DNA from: Acidobacteriota bacterium
GTDB taxonomy: Bacteria > Acidobacteriota > Thermoanaerobaculia > Gp7-AA8
Assembly (NCBI GenBank): GCA_019242175.1
Contig: JAFAVZ010000007.1
Coordinates: forward strand, 1-41,138
DNA: 41,138 nucleotides
Reading direction: 5' to 3'
The notes under the pieces are model-generated. The model saw nothing but the letters and a program-made list of their open reading frames with translations, searched no databases and was not told where the DNA came from. Of the stretch, positions 24,064 through 32,596 are shown in pieces (the first letter of the stretch is position 1; every line of letters starts with the position of its first letter). The position numbers and the translations under genes are program-made.

Positions 24064-26703
24064 ATGTCTCTCACCGCAGGGACGATGCTGGGACCGTATC
24101 AGCTCGTAGCCGAAATCGGCTCGGGCGGCATGGGCCATGTTTTCCGCGCGACCGACACCCGGCTCGAGCGCGCCGTGGCCATCAAGATCGTGGCGCCTTC
24201 CGGCTGGAGCGATCCTGCGCTCCGGCAACGGTTCCATCGCGAGGCGCGGGCAATCAGCTCGCTGAGCCATCCGAACATCTGCGCGCTCTTCGATGTGGGT
24301 GAGGTGGTCGTCGACGAAGTATCCGTGCCTTATCTGGTGATGGAGTTCCTCGAGGGCGAGACGCTCCGGGAGCAGATCGAGAAAGGGAAACTGTCGGCTC
24401 GGAAGGCGCTCGGTTACGGCGCGCAGATCGCGGCCGGGCTCGCGGCCGCGCATGAGAAGGGGCTGATTCACCGCGACCTGAAGCCCGAGAACGTGTTCGT
24501 CACGAAGGACGAGCAGGTGAAGATCCTCGACTTCGGGCTGGCGAAGAGCAACGCATCCATCGCGGAGACCGGCCCGAACATGAAGACCCGGGTCGGCGAC
24601 GTCGTCGGCACGCCGCATTACATGTCGCCCGAGCAGATCCGCGGGCAGACGCTCGATCACCGGTCGGACATCTTCTCGTTCGGCATCGTCCTCTACGAAA
24701 TGTTGACCAGCCGGCTGCCTTTCGCGGCGCGGTCGGCGGTGGAGACGATGCACGCGATCTTGCGCGAGGAGCCGGCGCCGCTGAGCCTCGTGCGGCCCGA
24801 GCTGCCGGATTCTGTCGAGCTGCTCGTGCAGCGCTGCCTGGAAAAGGAGCCGGCGAACCGGTTCGCGTCGACGAAGGACTTGTCGTTCGCGCTGGACGCC
24901 ACCGCGCGCACGTTGGGATCGTCGCCGACGCGCACCCGCAAGCGCTCCAAGCCGCGCGTCGAGTTCCCGCGCAGCGGACGATTGTGGGTCATCGGTCTCG
25001 TCCTGATCGCGTTTCTGATTGCGGCTGGCTTCAGCCTCTTCGACCGGCCGATTCCCGAGCCGGCGAAGTTGCGCACGCTCACGTATTCGGGCCGCGATGG
25101 CTCGCCCGCGGTCTCCGCGGATCGGAAGCTGCTCGCGTTCGTCTCATCGCGCGACGGGCGGAGCCGGATCTGGCTCGAACAGCTCGCCGATGGAACCGAG
25201 GTGCCGGTGACGGCGGGGCCGAACGACAGCGCGCCGCGTTTCTCGCCCGATGCGTCGCAGCTCCTGTTCACGCGTGCGACCAACAGCGCCTTCGCGCTCT
25301 ACCGTATCGCAACCCTCGGCGGCGAGCCGCGGAAGATCATCGACAATGCGTTCGACGGCGATTGGTCGCCGGATGGGAAACGCATCGCGTTCGTGCGCAA
25401 CCGCGCGGAGAAACAGCAGCGGCTGTCGACGCTTTGCGTGGCGAACATCGACGGCAGCGATCTGCACGAGATCGTCGCCGCGCCGGAGGACGATCTCACC
25501 GCGCCCCGTTGGTCGCCGGACGGCGCGTCGATCGCCGTCATCCGCAATCCGCATTTCACGAACAGCGGCTCCGTGCTCGTCGTCGACGTCGCGTCGGGTG
25601 ACAAGCAGGTGCTCGCGCGCTCCGAGCCGCACGGCTTGTTGTCGGGCGTCGCGTGGATTCGCAATGGCGACGCGGTCGTGTACGCGGAGCTCGACGCATT
25701 GACGAGCGGCATGTTGCGGCGCCGTTCCGGCGGCGCCGCGATCGTGCTGCACGAGCTGAGCGGCAATGCGACCGTGCTGATGCGCAACGCGCACACCGCC
25801 GCCGACACGCTGGCCATCGCCGGGCCGGGGAAGCTCGTGTTCTCGGAAGACGTCACGCGCCAGAACCTGCGGGAAGTCGCGATCGACGGCGGCGAAGGGG
25901 CCGACGCGCGCTGGCTCTCGCGCGGGACGAGCATGGATCGCCAGCCGTTCTACTCCGCCGACGGCCAACGCGTCGTTTTCACGTCCGACCGCAGCGGCAA
26001 CGTCGATATCTGGGAGCTGACGCTGGCCACCGGCGGACTGCGCCGGCTCACCGATCACGATGCGATCGACTGGGATCCGTATCTCGCCGCGGACGGCACG
26101 CTGTTCTTCAGCAGCGACCGGGGCGGGCACTTCGAGGTGTGGCACGCGACGGCCGATGGGCTCGCGCCGAAGCAGGTGACGCGCGACGGCGTCGATGCCG
26201 AGAATCCGTCGCTGCCGGCGTCCGGCGAGTGGGTCGCGTACGACTCGAGCAATCCGAAGACGGACGGGCTCTGGCGCGTGCCGCGCGACGGCGGCGAGGC
26301 GCACATTCTCTTCGCCGGCGAGACGATCCATCCCGCGATCTCCGCGGATGGGGAGCTCGCCGTCTACCAGCGTCCGGAGGAAAGCGGTGGCAACGCGGTG
26401 GACGTCGTGAGCGTGCGCAACGGCCGCGTGCAGACGCTCGCGAACGGTATGACCGGGATGCTCCGCGCGCGCTGGCTCGGCGCGACGCACACCGTCGTGT
26501 TCCGCGACGGCAACACGTTCGTCGCCCAGGACTTCGCGTTCGACACCGATACGCGCTCGACCCGCCGCGTGCTGTTGCGCTTCGATAGCGACGCCGTACC
26601 CGACACGTTCGCCATCTCCCCCGACGGCAAACGCGCCGTGCTCTCCATCGTCAACGAAGCCTCTGCCGTCATGGTGACCGACGGGCTCAAAGGCGTGGAG
26701 TGA
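24064..26703 (+). CDS. Ser/Thr protein kinase with a TM segment and a C-terminal TolB-like (PD40/WD40-like) beta-propeller
   Basis: Kinase motifs are GSGGMGHVFRA, VAIK, HRDLKPEN, DFG and YMSPEQ. The TM segment is LWVIGLVLIAFLIAAGFSLF. Repeated PD40-type motifs are present (P.SPDG..AF, FSSDRGG.FE.W, FTSDRSGNVDIW). I preferred the ATG at 24064 over the TTG at 24034. Confidence 0.85.
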   Translation: MSLTAGTMLGPYQLVAEIGSGGMGHVFRATDTRLERAVAIKIVAPSGWSDPALRQRFHREARAISSLSHPNICALFDVGEVVVDEVSVPYLVMEFLEGETLREQIEKGKLSARKALGYGAQIAAGLAAAHEKGLIHRDLKPENVFVTKDEQVKILDFGLAKSNASIAETGPNMKTRVGDVVGTPHYMSPEQIRGQTLDHRSDIFSFGIVLYEMLTSRLPFAARSAVETMHAILREEPAPLSLVRPELPDSVELLVQRCLEKEPANRFASTKDLSFALDATARTLGSSPTRTRKRSKPRVEFPRSGRLWVIGLVLIAFLIAAGFSLFDRPIPEPAKLRTLTYSGRDGSPAVSADRKLLAFVSSRDGRSRIWLEQLADGTEVPVTAGPNDSAPRFSPDASQLLFTRATNSAFALYRIATLGGEPRKIIDNAFDGDWSPDGKRIAFVRNRAEKQQRLSTLCVANIDGSDLHEIVAAPEDDLTAPRWSPDGASIAVIRNPHFTNSGSVLVVDVASGDKQVLARSEPHGLLSGVAWIRNGDAVVYAELDALTSGMLRRRSGGAAIVLHELSGNATVLMRNAHTAADTLAIAGPGKLVFSEDVTRQNLREVAIDGGEGADARWLSRGTSMDRQPFYSADGQRVVFTSDRSGNVDIWELTLATGGLRRLTDHDAIDWDPYLAADGTLFFSSDRGGHFEVWHATADGLAPKQVTRDGVDAENPSLPASGEWVAYDSSNPKTDGLWRVPRDGGEAHILFAGETIHPAISADGELAVYQRPEESGGNAVDVVSVRNGRVQTLANGMTGMLRARWLGATHTVVFRDGNTFVAQDFAFDTDTRSTRRVLLRFDSDAVPDTFAISPDGKRAVLSIVNEASAVMVTDGLKGVE

Positions 26704-28075
26704 AGCGCTCCCGCCAGTCGCGCCGCGCGTCGACCGCCGGCGGCTTGATGTCGCCGAGGCGTTGTTCGCCGGTCATGGCCGCGAAGTAGTCGGCTTCGCG
26801 CACGCGCAGGACGTCGAGCGCACCGAGTTGGCCGAGGCGGCGGCAGTAGTCGTAGTGGAAGCTTTCGCGCAACGCGTCCTCGAGACGCGCAACGTCGACC
26901 GGTGCGTCGGCGTCGATGAAGAGAGTGTAGTGATCGCCGTCCAATGCGAGCATCGCGAAACGATGGGGCGGCAACGTGCGGGTGAAGCAGTCACGGACGA
27001 AGACTTCGTTCAGCTTCTCGCCGAAGTGATCGACGACGCGTTTTCTGCCGAGGAAACGGAGCAGCGGGCACGAGCCGGCGTAGCCGACGATTTCCACGAG
27101 GTCGCCGGTCTGGTAGCGATACAACCCGCCGCCGGTGGTGAGCACGATTTCGCGAACGTAGGGGCGGGCTTCAGCCCGTCCGGACCGGCTGAAGCCGGTC
27201 CCTACCTCCATCAACTCCACGAAATGCGATCGATACGCGAGCGCCGGTGCCGCGGCGCCGATGGGAATCGAGACGACGCCTTCCGTCGAGAGCAGACCTT
27301 TCGGCTCGATGCGCACGTGCGGGAAACGCTTCGCCAGTTCCGCGGCCGCGGGCGCAGCGCCGGCGTCGGTCCAGCAGCTGATCGTGCGCAGGTTCGGCCA
27401 CTCCGGTTGTTCGTCGCCGAGGAGCAGCAGGAGAAAGCTCGGATGCCAGACGGAGATCAGCGACAGCGAATGGCTGCGCAGCAGATGCGCGAGCGTGGTG
27501 CGCCGAAACGCGTCGATGTCCGCGATCAAGCGAACGGACGAGGGAACGGCCTGCACCGCGCGGACGAGCGCGCCGCGGAACTTGCCGACGTATTCGTCAT
27601 CGCCGTCGAAGCCGATGCGGATCCCGTTCGCCGTCTCCCGCGGTCCGACGCCGACCGGCGACAGCGACCAATACGCCGGCCCACTGAACGCGCGCGGCTC
27701 GGCGCGGAACGTCGAGACAATCCACGTGGCGATCGCGCGCGCCACCTCGGTGCGCAGCGAGCGCGTGTACGGAATCAACTTCGTCGCGCCGGTCGAGCCG
27801 CTCGTCGGCTCGAAGTGCTCGATCGGCTCCGCCGTCAGCGCGTTCGCCTCGATGTACGGCGCGAAGTCTTCGTACGTGCGCAACGGCACGCGGGCGACGT
27901 AATCCTCGACGCTGCGGATCGACGCGAAATCGTGCTCGCGTCCGAACGGCGTGTCGCGATTGCGGCGCACGATGCGCAGCAGAATCTCGCGTTGCACTTC
28001 CTCCACGCGATGCAGCCCGGCGCGGAACGCGAGCGCCTCGGGATACGACGATGCGATCCACGCCGCGTTCGCCAT
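26687..28075 (-). CDS. GH3-family adenylating enzyme (acyl-acid amido synthetase-like)
   Basis: It carries the adenylation motif EPTSGSTGATKLIPYT, plus VPLRTYEDFAPYI and TTGGGLYRYQTGDLVEIVGY. I chose the start at MANAAW. Its 3' end overlaps the convergent kinase gene by 17 nt. Confidence 0.75.
   Translation of the reverse strand: MANAAWIASSYPEALAFRAGLHRVEEVQREILLRIVRRNRDTPFGREHDFASIRSVEDYVARVPLRTYEDFAPYIEANALTAEPIEHFEPTSGSTGATKLIPYTRSLRTEVARAIATWIVSTFRAEPRAFSGPAYWSLSPVGVGPRETANGIRIGFDGDDEYVGKFRGALVRAVQAVPSSVRLIADIDAFRRTTLAHLLRSHSLSLISVWHPSFLLLLLGDEQPEWPNLRTISCWTDAGAAPAAAELAKRFPHVRIEPKGLLSTEGVVSIPIGAAAPALAYRSHFVELMEVGTGFSRSGRAEARPYVREIVLTTGGGLYRYQTGDLVEIVGYAGSCPLLRFLGRKRVVDHFGEKLNEVFVRDCFTRTLPPHRFAMLALDGDHYTLFIDADAPVDVARLEDALRESFHYDYCRRLGQLGALDVLRVREADYFAAMTGEQRLGDIKPPAVDARRDWRERFTPRL
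27158..27205. repeat. Repeat family B variant (GTAGGGGCGGGCTTCAGCC...GGCTGAAGCCGGTCCCTAC) inside the GH3 CDS
   Basis: The inverted arms are visible in the sequence. The corresponding minus-strand translation is VGTGFSRSGRAEARPY. The length is 48 nt. Confidence 0.75.
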
Positions 28076-28110
28076 CGCGGCGCAAATCGCCACGCCAGTG
28101 GCGCGAGGGT

Positions 28111-28848
28111 TCACCGCAGCATCCGCGCGCCGGCGGGCGTCAGGTTGTCCTCCGCCACGCGCACGATGCACGCGAGCTCGTCGCCCCGCGCGTGGCCGGG
28201 ATTCGCCTCGAGAAAGAACCGCACGTGCGGATCGTGCGCGGCGCGTTCGCCGGCATCCGCGAAAGCCGCGCGCAGAGGCGACGGCGTGGCGAGCCGCACG
28301 ATCCCGGTCGCGCGATCGTACGCATCACCGAAACGCCGCACGGCAACACCATCGAGCAAAGACGCCAGCTCGGAAGATCGATGGTCGAAGCGCGGATGGA
28401 ACTCGCGGAAGAACACCGGCAGGAAGCGATACGTGCGATAGCCGCTGCTGATGAGAAACCAATAGACCTCGCCGTCGGTCCGCTGCGCCGCGGCGCGCAC
28501 GTGATTCACCCAAAGCCGCGACAGCTCCGGCGTGCCCCGCCGTTCTTCCGCGACGATCGTGTCGCCAGAGAAAAAGATGTCGCGCCCGTCGTGCTCGAAG
28601 CGCATGAGCGTGGAGAAGCCGTCGATCGCACCGCGCGCGTCGCGCAACACGATCACCCACTCCTTCTCTTCGAGATCGCGTTCGAAGACGGCGCGCGCGG
28701 TGCCGGAAAAGTACGCGGCGAAGAGCGCGAACATCTCGTCGCGGTCGCGCGCGGAGAGATCCCGCCGCAGCACCACCGCGCCCGCTTCGGCGATCGGCTC
28801 AGAGCGTGGCGAGCTCGAGGCGCGCAGGTCGAGAATCGAGTCGGTCAT
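28111..28848 (-). CDS. GNAT-fold-like acyltransferase, possibly N-acyl amino acid synthase / LuxI-like (tentative)
   Basis: About 245 aa. FERDLEEKEWVIVLRDARGAIDGFSTL and IVAEERRGTPELSRLW resemble GNAT / autoinducer-synthase-fold proteins. The start is uncertain (28848 or 28875). It overlaps the upstream gene by at least 50 nt. Confidence 0.45.
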   Translation of the reverse strand: MTDSILDLRASSSPRSEPIAEAGAVVLRRDLSARDRDEMFALFAAYFSGTARAVFERDLEEKEWVIVLRDARGAIDGFSTLMRFEHDGRDIFFSGDTIVAEERRGTPELSRLWVNHVRAAAQRTDGEVYWFLISSGYRTYRFLPVFFREFHPRFDHRSSELASLLDGVAVRRFGDAYDRATGIVRLATPSPLRAAFADAGERAAHDPHVRFFLEANPGHARGDELACIVRVAEDNLTPAGARMLR

Positions 28849-29848
28849 GGAAGTCGTCTCCGTCGTCCCAGGCAACGGTGTAGATGTCGCTGCGATATTC
28901 GATCGGCCGAAACGCGCGTGCCGCGGCGAGCAACGGATCGCGCGACGAAAAACCGAGAAGCAGATGATCGAGCCGCCGTTCGGCGGCGAGCTGCAGCAGC
29001 TGCGCGATGAGCTCGCGCGCGATCGATGGATCGTCGTCTTTCGCGCAGAAGAACGAGCCGTACGCCGTACGCAACGCGCTTCCCGGCCGGGGCAAGCGCG
29101 GACCTCGCGTCACGAGGTTGTAGAACGGGCGGGCGGTGGCGAGCAGGCGATCGTAGGCGTCGATCACGGTCTGCTTGTACGCACTCTGATCCCACAAACC
29201 GGCGACGCCGACGATCTCGCCATCGCGCTGCACGCTGACGAAATCCACCCCGGGCGGATCGTCGAAAAGCGGGAAGAGCTGCCGCCGCGGACCGTGCGCA
29301 GCAAGAAAACGTAGGACCGGCTCTCCAGCCGGTCCAGCATCAAATATTGGGCCGGCTGGAGAGCCGGCCCTACGTTTCACTCCGATCGCGAGCGTGAACA
29401 GCGAATCGAGTAACCGATACCGAGGCATCGACGGGCGCCGTTTTCCCACCAGCACGCCTTCAGCCTGCGCGTTGCCGGAGACGATCGTCGTCACGTAGCC
29501 GCGCGCGCGACCGTCTGCGTGCAGTTCGCGCAGCATCGCGAAGCCGCGCGCGACGAGCGAGCGGCCCTGGTAAGAGGGATCGACGCGGAGTTGCCCGAGG
29601 TAGCCGACGTCTTCCCGGATGCCATTGATGTACATCGGGCGGACGGCGCGACAAGCGAGGCCGACGACCCGGCCGCTGTCCCGCGCGACGAGTACCTGCG
29701 TGAAGGGTCCCATCGCCGCACAGCCCGCGAAGTAGTCGGGCTCGCGTTCGAGGCGGATGCGGATGCGGCCGGGCATCGCGCTGTTCGCGAGCAGCGCGCG
29801 CAACGCCGCATCGTCGCCGGGCGTCGCGACGGAGAACGCCACGCTCAC
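28799..29848 (-). CDS. GNAT-family N-acyltransferase with a C-terminal extension domain
   Basis: The acyl-CoA motif is LRVDPSYQGRSLVARGF (Q/R-x-x-G-x-G/A). The GTG start forms a GTGA overlap with the upstream radical SAM stop codon. The long track ORF (to 30625) is an artefact upstream of this start. Confidence 0.65.
   Translation of the reverse strand: MSVAFSVATPGDDAALRALLANSAMPGRIRIRLEREPDYFAGCAAMGPFTQVLVARDSGRVVGLACRAVRPMYINGIREDVGYLGQLRVDPSYQGRSLVARGFAMLRELHADGRARGYVTTIVSGNAQAEGVLVGKRRPSMPRYRLLDSLFTLAIGVKRRAGSPAGPIFDAGPAGEPVLRFLAAHGPRRQLFPLFDDPPGVDFVSVQRDGEIVGVAGLWDQSAYKQTVIDAYDRLLATARPFYNLVTRGPRLPRPGSALRTAYGSFFCAKDDDPSIARELIAQLLQLAAERRLDHLLLGFSSRDPLLAAARAFRPIEYRSDIYTVAWDDGDDFHDRLDSRPARLELATL
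29311..29373. repeat. Repeat family B full copy inside the GNAT CDS
   Basis: gtaggaccggctctccagccggtcc-agcatcaaatatt-gggccggctggagagccggccctac. It is read in-frame on the minus strand as RRAGSPAGPIFDAGPAGEPVL. The length is 63 nt. Confidence 0.8.
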
Positions 29849-31203
29849 GCGTTCCCTCCCACGCGCAACAGCGGCCCGCGGAACGCCTCGTCGCCGAGCG
29901 GGTAATCGCGACGTTGCGTGACCTCGCGGCGGATCAGCCAGTTGATCGTGAAGAAGTTCGACCACATGTACGCCGACGAGCCGTTGATCCGGTCGAAGCT
30001 GCGGCGCCAGATCGAGCGCAGGCTGTAGAACTCCTTCCGCGCGCTGATGCAGCCTTCCTTCACCTCGTTCGCCGTCATCCCCTGTGGCGTGAACGGCACC
30101 ATGCCGTAGCGATAGTCGGGATCGAGCCACCACTTGTCGAACAGCAAACGCCCTTCGCGTTGCAGCCGATCGTAGAGCGGCGTGCCGGGGAACGGCGTGA
30201 GGTGATTGAACGCGACGATGTAGAAGTTGTGGCGCTCCGCGAACGAGACGACGTCGTGCACCGCCGCCGGCGAGTCGCCGTCGTAGCCGACGATGAACGT
30301 CACGTACAGACGGATCCCGAAACGCCGCAGGTTGCGCAACGCGGCCTCGTAGCCGCCGCCCATCGTGTTGAACGACTTGTGCATCTGCCGGAGGTTCTCC
30401 GGATTCAGCGACTCGAAGCCGATGAGCAGCCCCTGGCAGCCGCTGTCTTTGAGCAGCTGCAGCAGCTTGTCGTCGTATGCGACGTTGATGCTGGCCTGGC
30501 TCACCCAGCGGATCTTCAGCGGCGCCAGCTTGCGGTACAGCTCCTTCGCCTGCTCCAGGTTCGACGTGATGTTGTCGTCGACGAAGAAGTAGAGCGGCTT
30601 CTGCATGCGCCGGATCTCGTCGCACACGTCGTCTGCCGGGCGGCGCGTCTGCGTGCTGTTGAAGTACGCCTGGATCGCGCAGAAGTCGCAGCGGAAATGG
30701 CAGCCGCGACCCGCCTCGATGAGGCCGAGCGGCAGATAGCGTTTGCCGTGGAAGATCGAGCGATCGGGAAACATGCCCGCGAGTTGCGGACGCTTTGCCG
30801 TGCGGTAGATCGGCTTCAGCGTGCCGTGGCGCGCGTCGTCGATCACCTCCGGCCAGATGCCTTCCGCCTCGCCGATCACGACCGACTCCGCGTACTGCGA
30901 AACCTCGTCCGGCATCAGCGTCGCGTGGAAGCCGCCCATCACGACCGGCACGCCGCGCCGCCGGTATTCGGATGCGATCTCGTAAGCGCGACGCGCCGTG
31001 TACGTCTCGACGCTGATCGCCACGAGATCGGTCGGCTCGTCGTACGGAATCGTCTCCATCCGATCGTCATAGAAACGCACGTCGACGTCTTTCGGCGTGA
31101 GGCCCGCGAGCGCGGCGGGAGCGAGCGGCTCCATCTGCCACGTGCGGATGTACTTCTCGCCGATGCGATGGCCGATGGAGGGATGGACGAGGGTCAGGCG
31201 CAT
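29845..31203 (-). CDS. B12-binding-domain radical SAM enzyme (class B, DUF4070-like C-terminus)
   Basis: The N-terminal cobalamin-binding-type Rossmann region is DLVAISVETYTARRAYEIASEYRRRGVPVVMGGFHATLMPDE. The radical SAM motif is GRGCHFRCDFC (CxxxCxxC). 452 aa. Confidence 0.8.
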   Translation of the reverse strand: MRLTLVHPSIGHRIGEKYIRTWQMEPLAPAALAGLTPKDVDVRFYDDRMETIPYDEPTDLVAISVETYTARRAYEIASEYRRRGVPVVMGGFHATLMPDEVSQYAESVVIGEAEGIWPEVIDDARHGTLKPIYRTAKRPQLAGMFPDRSIFHGKRYLPLGLIEAGRGCHFRCDFCAIQAYFNSTQTRRPADDVCDEIRRMQKPLYFFVDDNITSNLEQAKELYRKLAPLKIRWVSQASINVAYDDKLLQLLKDSGCQGLLIGFESLNPENLRQMHKSFNTMGGGYEAALRNLRRFGIRLYVTFIVGYDGDSPAAVHDVVSFAERHNFYIVAFNHLTPFPGTPLYDRLQREGRLLFDKWWLDPDYRYGMVPFTPQGMTANEVKEGCISARKEFYSLRSIWRRSFDRINGSSAYMWSNFFTINWLIRREVTQRRDYPLGDEAFRGPLLRVGGNA

Positions 31204-31207
31204 GGGA

Positions 31208-32539
31208 TCAGGCCGCGCGACGGCCGGCGGGCAGCGACCAGTCGCACGTGTAGTAGCGATTCAGATGATGCGCGTAAAAGCGGTAGCCGAGATTGGCGGG
31301 GATCGCGATGCCGAGCTGGACGCGGGCGCCGGCGAGCCGCTTTGCGATGCCACCGTACGAGTACGTCATCTTCCACGCGCGCTCCGTGCCGCGTTGCAGC
31401 TCGTCGGCGGTCATGCGCGCCGGTTGATACACGACATGCTGGCCGTCGTAATAGCTCCAATCCGTCGTCAGCAAACGCCCCTCGCGTCCGAGGCGGTTGT
31501 GGAGCGGAGTGCCGGGGAAGGGGGTGAGGATCGCGTAGCGCGGCAGATCGATGTGCGAGTCGATCGCGAACTGCGCGGTGCGCTCGAAAACGTCGGTCGT
31601 GTCGTCGTCGAAGCCGAAGACGAAGCAGCCCTGGATCGCGATCTTCCGCGCGTGCAGCCGTTCGATCACCGTCTTGTAGTCGACCCGATCGTTGAATTGC
31701 TTGCGCGTCTCGGAGAGGGCGCCGTCGCTCAGCGACTCGAAACCGAGGAGAAGGCCGGAGCAGCCGCTTTCGGCGGCGAGATCGAGGAGCTCGTCGTCCC
31801 ACGCGATCATCGTCGTGGAGAGACCGCCCCAACGGACGCCGAGCGGCGCGAGCGCGCGGAACAGCTCCTTCGCGTAGTCGGTATCGGAGATGAGATTGAG
31901 ATCGAGGAAGATCAGCTTGCGGGGACGCATCTGGCGGATGTCCGCAATCACGTCGCCGATCGGTTTCTGCAGCGGCCTTCCCCACGCCGACGGCACGACG
32001 CAGAACTCGCATTTGTGGATGCAGCCGCGCGTCGCCTCGATCGTGTGCAGCGTCACGTACTCCTTCGCCGGCAGCAGATCGCGTCGCGGAAACGGCAGAT
32101 TCTCCAGCTTCAGATGCGGCGACTGGTCGTAGCGTTTCTGCAGCCGGCCGGCCGCGAAGTCACGCAGCAACTGCGGCCAAGTCTCCTCGGCATACCCGAC
32201 GACCGTTGCGTCCGCGTGCTGCATCACTTCCTCGGGCATCAGGGTCGCGTGGACGCCACCGATGACGACCGGCACGCCGCGCGCGCGGAACTGCGCGGCG
32301 AGCTCGTAGGAACGCGGCGCGGTGCCGGTGATGGCGCTGATGCCGACGAGGTCGACGTCGCAGTTCGGATCGACGTCGCCGATGCCCTCATCCATCAAAA
32401 CGACCTCGGCATTCAGGTCGGGCGGGACGAGCGACGCGAGCGTGGTGAGCGTCAGCGGCGCATAGCGCAGCGACTTTTTCCAGATGCCGCTGCGGTGCCG
32501 GTAGAGCGGTCCGCGAGGGGAGATGAGGGCGATCTTCAT
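31208..32539 (-). CDS. B12-binding-domain radical SAM enzyme (class B), paralogue of the downstream gene
   Basis: Motifs are DLVGISAITGTAPRSYELAAQFRARGVPVVIGGVHATLMPEE and TRGCIHKCEFC. I chose the ATG at 32539 (MKIALISPRG, parallel to MRLTLVHPSIG of the paralogue). The track starts it 6 nt earlier at a TTG. Confidence 0.8.
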   Translation of the reverse strand: MKIALISPRGPLYRHRSGIWKKSLRYAPLTLTTLASLVPPDLNAEVVLMDEGIGDVDPNCDVDLVGISAITGTAPRSYELAAQFRARGVPVVIGGVHATLMPEEVMQHADATVVGYAEETWPQLLRDFAAGRLQKRYDQSPHLKLENLPFPRRDLLPAKEYVTLHTIEATRGCIHKCEFCVVPSAWGRPLQKPIGDVIADIRQMRPRKLIFLDLNLISDTDYAKELFRALAPLGVRWGGLSTTMIAWDDELLDLAAESGCSGLLLGFESLSDGALSETRKQFNDRVDYKTVIERLHARKIAIQGCFVFGFDDDTTDVFERTAQFAIDSHIDLPRYAILTPFPGTPLHNRLGREGRLLTTDWSYYDGQHVVYQPARMTADELQRGTERAWKMTYSYGGIAKRLAGARVQLGIAIPANLGYRFYAHHLNRYYTCDWSLPAGRRAA

Positions 32540-32596
32540 GTACAATACCGACCGGTATGGAAGCTACGCCCGCCGCCCGGGAATGTCAATGCGTGG

